From: Lama guanicoe
Lineage: Eukaryota
Length of the DNA: 64,000 nt
Assembly (NCBI GenBank): GCA_013239625.1
Contig: MU055594.1
Span: forward strand, 16,062,445-16,126,444
Direction of reading: 5' to 3'
The notes beneath the pieces are model-generated. The model searched no databases, was not told the origin of the DNA, and saw only the letters and a list, made by a program, of their open reading frames with translations. Of the stretch, positions 27,101-39,100 are shown one piece after another; the stretch's first letter is position 1; each line of letters begins with the position of its first letter. A program made the position numbers and the translations under genes.

Positions 27101-30100
27101 AAAAAAAAAAGGCCATTTGAAAAATTCCAACCAATCTTATCATAGTTGCGCTAAGGAAAATGGAAATTTTCTATACTTCATTAGGATTAGGCTTTTGTAG
27201 GTGGGAGGGACCATTTTGCTCCTTTTGACTATCTCCCTAATATTCAGTACTGTGTACCCATCATGTGATGCAGACTGACAGCAGCTTCTGGCCTTTTCCA
27301 TTTTGAGCTCTAAACTAGACTTCTGGATCCAGAGAGTGGCACGTCTAGTGTCTGACTTAGAGGCTTCTGAGTGCATATTTACTCACTGTTGTTTTTCTGA
27401 TCCCCAGGCTTGTTTCCATCAGTATCACCAATGGACCAGTATTCTGTGGCATGGTTGGGGCAGTAGCAAGACACGAATATACAGGTAGAATAGGACATTG
27501 GACTGTTAGCTCTGTGACTTGTTAGAGGGGTGAAGGTGGAGGAGTTGGTTCAAAAATTCTCCATCCTTTTCTTTACTTCTCCCTGATACAGTTATTGGCC
27601 CAAAAGTGAGCCTTTTGGCAAGAATGATAACTGCTTATCCAGGTTTGGTGTCCTGTGATGAGGTAACATATCTAAGATCTATGCTACCTGCTTATAACTT
27701 CAAGAAGCTCCCAGAGAAAATGATGAAAAACATCTCCAACCCAGAGAAGATGTATGAATATCTTGGCCATAGAAGATGTATGTGAGTGTCATTATGTGAT
27801 ACTTCACTCCCATCTCTTTATAGTAGCAGGGCATAGGAATAATCAGTGCTTGATTATATGAAATTAGAAAGAAAGATGCTTCTAGTGCTGGCCTGCTAGA
27901 ATAGGAAACGTAAGTGGAGGGTTTCGTGTCTGAGAGCTTCAGGTTTTATGTGTCAGTGAGCTTCTTGCTGTCCAACAGGAAGAGGATCGCAGTAGCTCAC
28001 TAATCTAGATGTTCTTTTTCCTTTGTATACTTCACAACCTATTTACTTTCCTGAGCCTGGAGCAGTCAATGCTTTTTCTCCCCTTCCCCCACCAAAAACA
28101 TTTTTTTCACTTTTTAAAAAACTCTTGTACAGAACTCCGGACCTCTTTAGTTGTCTGAAATACTTGTTTATGAGGACAACTTGCCCTCTGTCTATTTAGA
28201 GATGTATTATCTATCCATCCCAATCTATTTTTAATTGAAATGTTTCCCTTTGTCCTTTTTTCCAGAATGTTTGGGAAGAGACATTTGGCCAGAGAGAGAA
28301 ATCAAAATCACCCATTGTTAGGTAAGTTTTCTTTTTTACCTTTAATCATATTTTTTTTCAGCTGTAGATGGTTACATATGATTTCAAAAACAAAATGCGA
28401 GACTAAATGCTTCTAAACTTTTATTAAAAAATAGATTTATTAGTGAATTTGTTAATTTTGAAGTGGATTTTCCATTTATTTTCCATGTTGAATGTTTAAA
28501 TTTCAAGTTGGGTCCTATCACTTTGCCTGAGAAGTGCCAACATTTAGTAAGAATCTTTGTAAGTCAGAGTTAAGCTATTGAGGTCTGATCTGCTTGTTGT
28601 TGATCATCTTAAGGGGGAAATTTCTCATTCTGAAATAGTAAAGATAGCACCGACACTGTTCCACCCATACTGTATATCCCGATCTTTGTTTTATCTACTT
28701 CTATTCGTCCATTATTTTCATGTGGTGGTGACAGACTTTAAACACTAAATTGTTACAATGGAAATTTTTACAAAAAGCTAAGAAGATATGATAGTCTCCA
28801 TGCCCATGTGCTGCCTAACTGTTCTAAATGTTATTACTTGGGCTTTGGAGCAAGCCCCTCAAGCCCAACACACATTTCTGTATCATGAAGAGTTGATTTT
28901 CTAGAAAGAGATGTGAAGGTTCATCAAAGAATGGGATTCTGTCAAAGATATTGGGGGAGAAGCCATTCTGAGAATCACCTTTGTAAATTAATTCAAATAA
29001 ATAAGTGTCTGCTAAAAACCACAGGTGTTAGGTGCTCCCTGTCTCTCTACAGACCGGGAGAAAGAACTAGAAGCCTTCCAAATGGCACAGCAGAGATGTT
29101 TGCACCTGAAGAAGGGACAAGCAGTTCTGTATGAAGGTGGAAAAGGCTATGGAAAAAGTCAGCTGTTGGCTGAAATAAACTTCCTGGCCCAGAAAGAAGG
29201 ACACAGGTAAAGACTTGTGCTATGCACCTATTTGTTTTGGGGCTCCTTTGCCTCGTTGGTGAGACTCTTGTGTTGTTAGATTCAGAATCATTGGGCTGGT
29301 GGAGTGAATAACCTCTCTGTGGATCAGGGGACTCCCAGTGACCACAGTAACATTCATCAGGGTGTTGCCACTGAAGCTGAAGGAAGCAGATTCCAAGCAG
29401 CGCTTCTATGCCATCCAGACCCTCATGGCTATCTTCTTTGAGATTGATACATGCCCAGCCTGTTACCGGCAAGAGTGCCTCTTCAAACAGCTCCATGGGA
29501 TGGTGGAAGAACCGCTTCACTGTCTTTTTAATGACCTCTTCTTCGTGAAGGTAATGAAGGCAGTAGCTCTCTGAACTGGATTATTTGTATTTTTGGTGGA
29601 TAGTTGGACCCAGGATTGTCTTCTAATCTAACACCTGTTGGCCATATGTATATGCATCGTTTAAGAACAGATAGTTAGGAGTGGCAGGATCAAGATTTGA
29701 AAAGCCTTTGACACCAAAACCCAGGTTTTTTCCTTTTTTGAGAAGAGTGGATTCTAGGACTGACTCTCAGTCTTGCTAGCTGTATGTCTTGGCACAAATC
29801 ACTTAGCCTCTCTGAGCCTCAGTTTTTTTTCAACGGTGAAATGATGATGATAGTACTTTATATGGGTTTTGCATGAATTTTGTAAAGGATGTAATATATA
29901 AGAGATTGCATTGTAAATGTGAAAGTGCTAAAATTTGTCCAGGTGATACTGACCAGTCGAGCATCTCCAACAATTACATCCACGTGTTCTTGAGTCAATT
30001 GCAGTGTTCTGTTTTTTAACCTTACCTGCCCTACCCCAGGCCATGGAGTATGTCACTTGAACTAGCATCTGAATCTCAAAAGCTTCCAGTGGTCTAGGAT

Positions 30101-33100
30101 TTATGCGGTCTCCAGCAGCGAGTAGGCTAAGAATTCCTTGGTCCACAATTCCATTTATTCATCTTCCATCACTTCTCCTAATCTACCCCAGCATGCAGGA
30201 TGTTGTATTGAGTGAAAAATAGGAAAAATGAAAATTTGTCCAATCCTTCAGCATAGCACTTGCTTAAGCCAGGCCTTACCTGGGACCCTGGCCAAAGCAG
30301 TCAAGTAATAGGCTCACTTTGGCTCTCAGGTCCATGATAGCTCATGTGCCAGCCTGACACAGTGTTGGAGACATCCACTGCGATTCTTTCTCACAAGTGT
30401 CATGCATACATTCATTATAGTATACTTGGAAGCATGGGGGTACTGGAGTTGTCCAAATTGACATTACTAAGTCTCACCTGTCACTTTACTCCTTAGTCAT
30501 GATCCTTTAAAGATTTGCCAGAGTCTGGTATGGAAAGGAGCGCGCTCTCTCTAACTACCAGTGGACTTTCAGTCTGCCCTCTGAACTGTATATGGATGTT
30601 GGATTAGTATTTGTAACCCTATGCCTAGTCCTGTGGAAAGCTATTCTCACTCAAAATAGAATCATTTTCTGTTCCCTTTTGAGAACCTGTATATTTTTAT
30701 TAGATTGTTATTTTGAAAGATAATATCTGAATAATTTTCCCGGTCAGTTTCCCTTATCCTTCAGAGTTTCACACATGGATGACCTGGCCAGACAAAAGAA
30801 GGTTAAAGCATGTTTTTTTCAAGTGCTTCAGAAGGTGGGTACTTTTGCTACATGCCGTCAACTCTTAACATGTGCAGATAGTTTATGCTCATTTTAATCT
30901 ATCTCTATCATACCTTGACTTAGGCATTTCTTCATTGTTTGTATCTATCTTTTTAAAAAATTTTGTATATATATATTTAGATTTTTTTTAATTTTATTAA
31001 TTTTTTTGGTGGGGAGGAGGTATTTTTTTAAAGTGTATATGAGTGGGGCATGGTAACTGGTAGTTTTAGCAAGCACTCCTAGGTGATTCTCATATGCAGC
31101 CTGGTCTGGAAGCTGGTTTAAAATACTATGAATTCCCACAGTTTGAAGCTTTTGCCAAAATGAAATATTTGAAAGCTTCATATTTGATTTGGAGAATATT
31201 TTGATGCTCATTTCATGTTTCAGTTAGAGTATTTTCTTGTTCAAAGAAACTCGGTAGATTTCTTTAGGAATTAGATATACAGGCTATATTTTATATTTAT
31301 GAAGTAAAATATTACCTGGACTTAGGATACATTTTACTCTGAAAATCCCAGCCTATGTTGACATTTTACTTAAAATTGTTGATGGGAAATTTATGGTAGA
31401 TTTCAAAATAAAGTGACTTCATTTCTAATCAGAGGTTGTCATTGTTTCCTTGCTGTTATTTCCAGGCAGTGAGGGAAACACCGCTGATATTCCTCATTGA
31501 CGAGGCCCAGTATATGGATGCAGCTTCCTGGGAGTTTTTGGGAACATTGCTCTCCAGTGTGCCCATCATCATGGTGATGACATTGACCCCCACCTTCGCC
31601 CTGTGTGGCTGGGCCCAGCACTTCCTGCAGAGCCCTCAGGCCATCCTTGTACCCATTTTGAAGTTGGCAGAGACCTCACTGCTGAGAATGGCATGTTGGG
31701 AACTGGGGGTGGTGAGCATCCCCCAAGAGCTACAGATGTGAGTGGCTAGGACCAGCTGGGCACTTCATTAAGGGAGGAGCCGGTGCCATAATATAAGTGA
31801 GAAGGCTCAGGTCTCACCAAAGTTGAGGGAGAGAATGACGTTAGCGACCATGGTGAGGCCCAAAACTAGATTTAAACGTAGACAGTCTCCTAGTACCCAG
31901 TAAAGGACTATCTCCCTGGGCCGTTCATCCAGGTTTTCACAGGTCTGTTAGGACCTGGATGACTTGCTTTACATGTCCATTATGTGTGGTCAGGCCAGTT
32001 TTTGTCAGGCCCTTTAGCAAGGGGATGTTAGTTCCTTTTAACATCAATAGAAGGAAGATAGTTAAGAGAAAAGTTACTGCCAAAATACATTTCAAAACCA
32101 ATCAGAAACTTTTTTTAACATTTTTATGCCAAGGCTTCCTTCTGTTAGTGTATATCATCAAGAACTGACTTTAACAACCGAAGAAATATTCCTCAGTATG
32201 AAATACCCTTATGCTTGGCTTTCTTCAAGTGGACATCTTTAGTCAGTGGACATCTTTAATCCCCTACTTACCTCTCTACAGCTACCTTCTCCGCAGGTGC
32301 TTTGGAAACCCCCTTTACTGTGAGGTCTTATGCCAGGACCTTCTCTCTAAGAACATATTGCTCTTTCATGACCTCCAAAAGGAGGAGGTGGAGACTAGCA
32401 AGTGGGAGACCCTCTCAGGTAAGCTGAGTACCCCAGGGTTCTACCCTGGTCCTGCTGCTGGAGTTCATTCTTGACCATGGCATCACCTGGCCCTTATGAA
32501 GCATGTGTCTATTCCCTGCTGGCATCATAAGCAAGGTTAGGCCTTCCTGGCTAAGTGTACTATACAGATAATATGTAGTTATGTTGAAAACACTAAATCC
32601 CTGCCTCAGGTAAAGTAATTGAGTCAATCTACTTTAGTTCCTTTTTGAGCAGCCCAGGAGGTGAAGATAGGAAAATAGGATTTATAAACATCAGAGTCCA
32701 CTAGAAAGGATTGATAAACTTGAGAGTCCAATAGAGAATTGCACGTTACTGATGAGAAGGGTGACGTGGTAAATCTGAATGAGGAATGGAAGAAGGGAGG
32801 AGGAAAGAGAGAGAAGTATGTGTAAAATCCAGAAAGGCATCCTGGAGCTGTGAGGTAGCAGAATCAAGGGCTGTTGGAAGGTAAACAGGAAGGGTGAGAA
32901 TGTTGGATACCATGTGGTACAGAAAATGTTGTTCATTTCTAAGAGAAAATTAGAGAACCGGCAGGATGGGTGGGTAAACCACTTTAAATCTTATAGCTCC
33001 TTTCATCTTAATCCTTTTAGTTTCTTGGCTAAATTCTTGTATTTTTGTATCTTTAAAACCACAGTCTCTAAGCATGGCATTTTCCTCAGTCGTAGTTTTC

Positions 33101-36100
33101 TTTTCCTACAGCCAATGCCATGAAATCCACAATGTATAGTATTTCTCCTGCCAGCTCTGAAGACCAGGACCTTTATGTATGTACAGTCAAGGATGATGTA
33201 AACTTGGATACAGTGCTTCTCCCACCATTATTAAAAGGCAGGTCCCCTAAAAACCTCAAGTAAACCAATTACAGATATCATTGCACTTAGTAATTTGGTG
33301 GTTGATTGAGTATAGGTCTCTCATTATCATGCTAGCTTTATTTCTTTAAAAAAGAAACCTGCCTTCCAGAAATAAATTTTGGCACTACCAGAAGAGCTCT
33401 TAAAGACTTGTAATGCTATCTGAGTAATGATTTACTTAAGTAAGCCCACTGTTCTCTTTGAGGCTGACTGATTATCTGGAAAAGTTTTCTAGTTATTTAA
33501 TAAAAATTATGTCCTGAGTTTCCCTTTGTGCATGTTCCTGTGCTGGAGGAGACAGTGAACAAGGGAGACAATGTTACTGAAGTTTAAGAAAATCCATGGT
33601 GGTAGTGAGGAGACAGTGTTACGCACATAGCAGGAATTTCATAAAAAGAGTACAAAGAAAGTTTATAATGAATGATGAGATAAAGAGTAAAGAAGCCATC
33701 AGAATTGGGTAGATATAATTAGAGAGGATCTTCTTCTTAGAGACAAGGAGGTTTTGGGGTTTTTTTTTTTTCCTTAATATTCTATTCAGGTATTTGGTGG
33801 GCAGGGTACTTTGCTAACCTTCTTGAGGAAAATTATGATGAATAAGTAGGCCTTCAAGTCAAATATGTTCTTGCTGAGAATATAGGATATGCATATGAAA
33901 CAGCAGTACAGAACACCTTGGTAATTAAGAGCCAGGACTCTGGGGTCAGAAAAACCTGGGTACCATTGGCTCCTCCACTTACTGGCTGTGAAACCTTATA
34001 TAAACTTAGATCTAAGTCTTAGTCCTCTCATCATTCAAATGGGGTTAATGATAGTTCCTACCTCATGGGGTTGGTTGAGGATTAAATCAAATAAATCATG
34101 GTGCATAATACATATTCAATGAATGTTAGCTATTATAAGCTATTCACTCTGGTGGTTTTAGGTCCATCTGGACAGTTATATACCTACAGCCGTGATAGGC
34201 CACACTTAGCATTGGCTTTACTAACTTAGAAGCATGCAGGTCAGGAAACAGCACTCTAGCAGAACAGCAGCAAGTGGTTTTCTTCAGTGGGAATCCCCAC
34301 ATCAGTTTCCACTGCTATCTCTGGAGCCTCAAGGAATAGCTTAGATGTGATGGAATGAGGTCACTCATCTCTCCTGGATGAGTGCTTGGATGCCCCATTT
34401 CCCAGCTAGGAACTGGCATCTCTTATAATAGCCATCTAGGCATAGCCTGCAGGCCCTGCCAGGAGTGTGACCTGTCACAAGAATTACTATACCCAGGGAA
34501 GCCCAAAGCTGTGGCTTACCACCAGGTATTTGTACCTTATTCACAGTTCTCCTAGTCCAAATTCAACTTCCTATGAGGGATCACTCTTAGCATAAGCAAT
34601 GTTACCTGGTAACTCAGCTGGCATTCTAATTTTATCAGGGTTCTGGGAAAATAGCTAGAAAGTTAATCCACATGGAAAGAAAAAGCTAAAATGAATCGTT
34701 CAGTCAGCAAAGCCTTGGTCTAAATGAAAGGCCAAAGCTAAATTGCGAAAGGCCATATAAGTTATAAGAGTATTTAAGAAGGGTGCTGGCATGATTATAT
34801 TTGTACATGAGGCGTATAATCCAACCACTAGTTAGTGTGTCTTAGGGCTAAGAATGAGAGGAACTTGGAGATGTTCAAAACAGAGTAGTATGGTGATCCA
34901 GGTGAAAATGACTGCTTATAGTAAAATTGTTTGGGAAGAATCATATTCAAGATTATTTAGAAAGATAATGAGCAGATGACTGGTGGTTGTGAGGGAGAGG
35001 AAAAAGTTTAGAATTATTCCAAGATTTTGGGCTTGGTGGCTTACTGGTCAGAATATGGAGAGATTTAGTAAAATACTTTAGTTAATTCAGATCTTTACAG
35101 TTATTTGAATTCTGGGACCTGGAAGCCAACCTCAGTGTTTAGTTGAAAGTAGGAGGAAAATGGGAAGAATTGTTAGTACAGGATTCAGAACACAACTTCA
35201 GGTCTACCAACAAAAGGTTTTGGTGACCATGAGGAGTACAGTTTCAGTGTTTTGGTGAAAACCTGATTGTTGGTTGAATAATAAATGGGGAATGGGGACA
35301 AAAGAGGACATGGAGATAAGGCTCTTTCAAGAGATTTGGCTGAGTGAAAAAGGAGTGGGCAAAAAGCAAGCCTTTTTTTTAAATGAACACAATGTATTAT
35401 TAGCACAATATATTCTACGTTTGTAGAAAGCTTATTCATTGCTTTTTTTTTTTCCTTCAGAAATAGCAGTGAACCAACTGGATCAATTGAACCCAGAGGA
35501 ACAGTTGCTGGTTAAGTGTGCAGCAGTCATCGGTCACTCCTTCCACATAGATCTACTGCAGCACCTCCTGCCTGGCTGGAGTGAAAATAAGCTACTTCAG
35601 GTGCTGAGGGCTCTTGTGGACATACACGTGCTCTGCTGGTGCAGCAAGAGCCAAGAGCTTCCTGCTGAGCCAATATTAGTGCCTTCCTCTATCGAGATTA
35701 TTGAACAAACCAAAGAGAAGAGAAAGCCAGGTGAGGAAGAGCTATTTATTCCCTTGTTCTCAGGCCCAAATAGAGAGCTTTGGGTGAGGGTATCTGTGTT
35801 CAGAAAGAGCATCCGTATCATAGATCACAGGCCCACTCTCTTAAAGCTTATGTCTAAGAAATTGGGAAAAGTGCTTATTTTAATCATGGAGGAGCCATGG
35901 TTATAGTAAATGAATGGCCTTTGTTTTTTAGAGTTGTCTTAATTTCAAGAATTCTAGTTCCTTGTTAACCCCATGTGTTAAGTATTTGTGTTTTGATTTT
36001 TGGTTCAAAAAATATTGCCATAGTCTTTTATTGGCTTTTTGGGATAAATAAAAAGAAAAAAAGATGAACTATTTCTAATTTTAGAAGGTTATAAGGAAGT

Positions 36101-39100
36101 TAAACACATGTGACACTGAAACAGACATCAATAACGCAAAATGTACGTTAAATAGCTGCAATCTCAAATTCTCCACCTGAAAGAATAAAATTGTGGCATA
36201 AGCTACTCAGAACACATATAACCCACAGATAATTTCCCTTTGACTTTGAAATATGTTTGGGCCTTATATTTGGGCAGAGCCTTTCTGATTATTTGATATT
36301 TACAATAATTTTTAGTAAAAAAAGCTCAACTTAGAAGAAACAACTAAGAAATCTATTCAGTGTAGTTCTGTACCACTGATCATTTCTTCCCTCTTGTACT
36401 TTATATTAAATATGATCAGTGCCACTCTCAGATTGGTGTAAAATTTTTTATGCAAAGAAAGCAGTAATACAAAGTAAGAATTAGAAATAAAATTTTCTTA
36501 TAAACTAGCAGCATGTGCTTGGGAATTTGCTACCTGGTAGCATAAAAGGACTTTAAGTGAGACTCTCACTTAGATTTTCCTGTATTTCAGTTGCTGCCTC
36601 TCCTCTCAGGCTACCAGAGGGGCTATCCCTGCTTCAAACCGAGGACCTAGAATTTGGAGTGCCTCTACTGCGGGAAGCAGCTTGGGAGCTGTGGCCCAAG
36701 GCACAGCAGGTAGCCCTGCACCTGGAATGTGCCTGCTTTCTTCAAGATTTGGCCTGCCGCTGTGGGAGCTGTCAGGGGGGCGACTTTGTCCCCTTCCACC
36801 GTTTTGCCATCTGTTCTACTAAGAGTTCCAGTGGGACCTCCCGATTCTGTAGCTACAGAGATACTGGCTCAATACTAACACGAGTGATCATAGACAAATT
36901 GCAGCTGCCTTCTCCCCAAGGTAAATCCAGGAGGCAGACAGGGGACGTGTGGGTAGCACTTCTTATTCATGTACTTGGAGCTCTTCATCTAAAAGGTGAA
37001 ATCAGATTAAGGGAGAAAAATAGGTGGAAAGAGCCATTTATCCCTGAAATGCCGGAAATAAGAAAAATATAATCTCAAAGGTAAAAGGAACTGTAGAGAT
37101 CATACTTGTTTTGGCTGGCAATCTTGGGCACGTTACTTAACCTCAATTAATTGAGGAAAATAATAATACCAATTTCATAGGATTGTCGTGAGGACTAAAT
37201 GAGTTAAAATTTATAAAGGGCTTTGAATAGTGCCAAGCACATGGTTAGTGCTCAGTACACTTTCATTACTGTTTTTATAATTATTCAGCTCAGTAACTAT
37301 TCAGCTCAGTACACGTACATGGAGTCTTTGTGTGTATCAGATACTGTTGTAAGAATACAAAATAAAATTATCAGTTTTTTGGGGGTGATGCAGACATATA
37401 AATAAAGAATTCCAATATGGTATGGTAAAGGTGATGAAAATAGACTATGTAGGGATTGGGTACATCGAGAAAGGGCTGTTAGCCCAGCCTGAGAAAGGAG
37501 TAAGATAGGACTCTCCCCTGAAGGAGATGATGCCAGAAGTGAGATTTGAAAGATAAGTAAGAGCTAGCTACTTAAAGAAGACTCGTTAGTGGATAGATAG
37601 TCTCCCAAACCTGTAATCCTTCTACCACATCCCAGGTAAGAGTTCCTCCTCTTTGTTTTAACATTTTCAGTTAGCTTATGTTGTAGGACAGCCCATTTCA
37701 TTGTCAGTAGCTGTCAGAAAGCTGCTTTCATGCAGGTGAAATCTACCATCTGGCAACTTTTTCATGCATTTTTTCAGAGTTGTACCTTCTTTCATATTTG
37801 AAGACAGCTATCAAGACCCAGCGAAATTGTCTCTTTTTCTACTTTGACAGAAGAAGAGTTGGTGTTGGTGTTGGCAGGGGAGAGGGATATGGGAGAGATG
37901 ATAAATTGGTGGTGGTAAAGGACCAAAATGAAGGTGTTGACCTATGATCCTAATACCTCATCTAGCTGTAAAATTCTTAATGACTCTATGAAGGTGGACC
38001 AGTGACTTGGAGAAATTGGTCACTGGCTGATGAGCTCTGTGGGCATTTGCACTTTTGTACTTTCTGAGGGGAAAGAGGAAAGCAACAGTGAATGTCCCGG
38101 TTGGTGTTATGAAGAAATCACATTATCATTCATATTTCCTATATGACCTTTTGTTTTTGAGAGGTCAGTGTCAGCTTTAGATTAGACAGCCTAGTCAACC
38201 TGGGTGTGAGAGGCTTAAGACATTTCCAGCACAGCCGAACCCTGAGGAGGCTTCCCAGACCCAGGGCCTCTGTGCATGGCCGTGCAAAACAGGTACTGCC
38301 TACACCTGGAGGGTGCTGTTCACAGGCTGCGATAGGATGGTGCCCTGGGAATTGTGCATTGCAGTGGTGCTGCCAAGTTCCAGTTTCCTTAGTTACCTTA
38401 GCCTTACTTTACCTTATGAGACATCATTAAATAATCAGAGAACCAGTTCTTTTATTTAACACAAGTCCTCCCTATAACGGTTCTCTTGGACTTCTTTTCA
38501 ATCCCACCTCCTGTGTTGCTGAGTCCTAATAGGTAACATCTCCACATCATTCCCAGTCTTTGCTTTTTGATCAGAAGACAGATGCAGAGGAAGAGTCAAA
38601 TCTGGAGGATAAAGTGTATTTAAGGCCAGCTAGGTAAAGCTGAAAACCCCCACTGGCCCACTGAAAACCCCCACTGACTGGTGAACTGTGGCATCTTGTG
38701 CCTTCACGATTTTCTTCACTAGGTCTTAGGCTCTGTGGTTCACTCCCATCTGTTCATAAACCTGATCCATATATATTCATGGATTTTTACTATTAGAATT
38801 AGCCATCAAGCCAGATGGACACATTCTTTATTCTTTTCTTTTGCAAACAGAATTAGGAATTGGTTTGGGAGGTTTGCGAATGAAAGAAGTTACCATTTGA
38901 ATCACAAATAGTTGCCTTTAAGAAAAAAAATTAGCACCCTAATTTTGTGTGTAAGGCTAATAGTAAACCCAAACTTACCATTTTTATAATGAGGGAGGCA
39001 ATTAGCTCATGAACTAAGCTGCAAAGGAAATAGAGTCAGGAATTTTGAATGTTCTCAGTTAATACCAGGCATGGATAATTAAAGATAATCATCTTTTTTT

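Noticed and set aside
29047-29520. 157-aa minus-strand ORF, and similar ones at 45615-46031 and 26025-26419
   Set aside because: Antisense shadows of real plus-strand exons with no independent evidence.
30955-31035. Possible lineage-specific SINE remnant that could identify the species
   Set aside because: Too short and low-complexity to assign without a repeat library.
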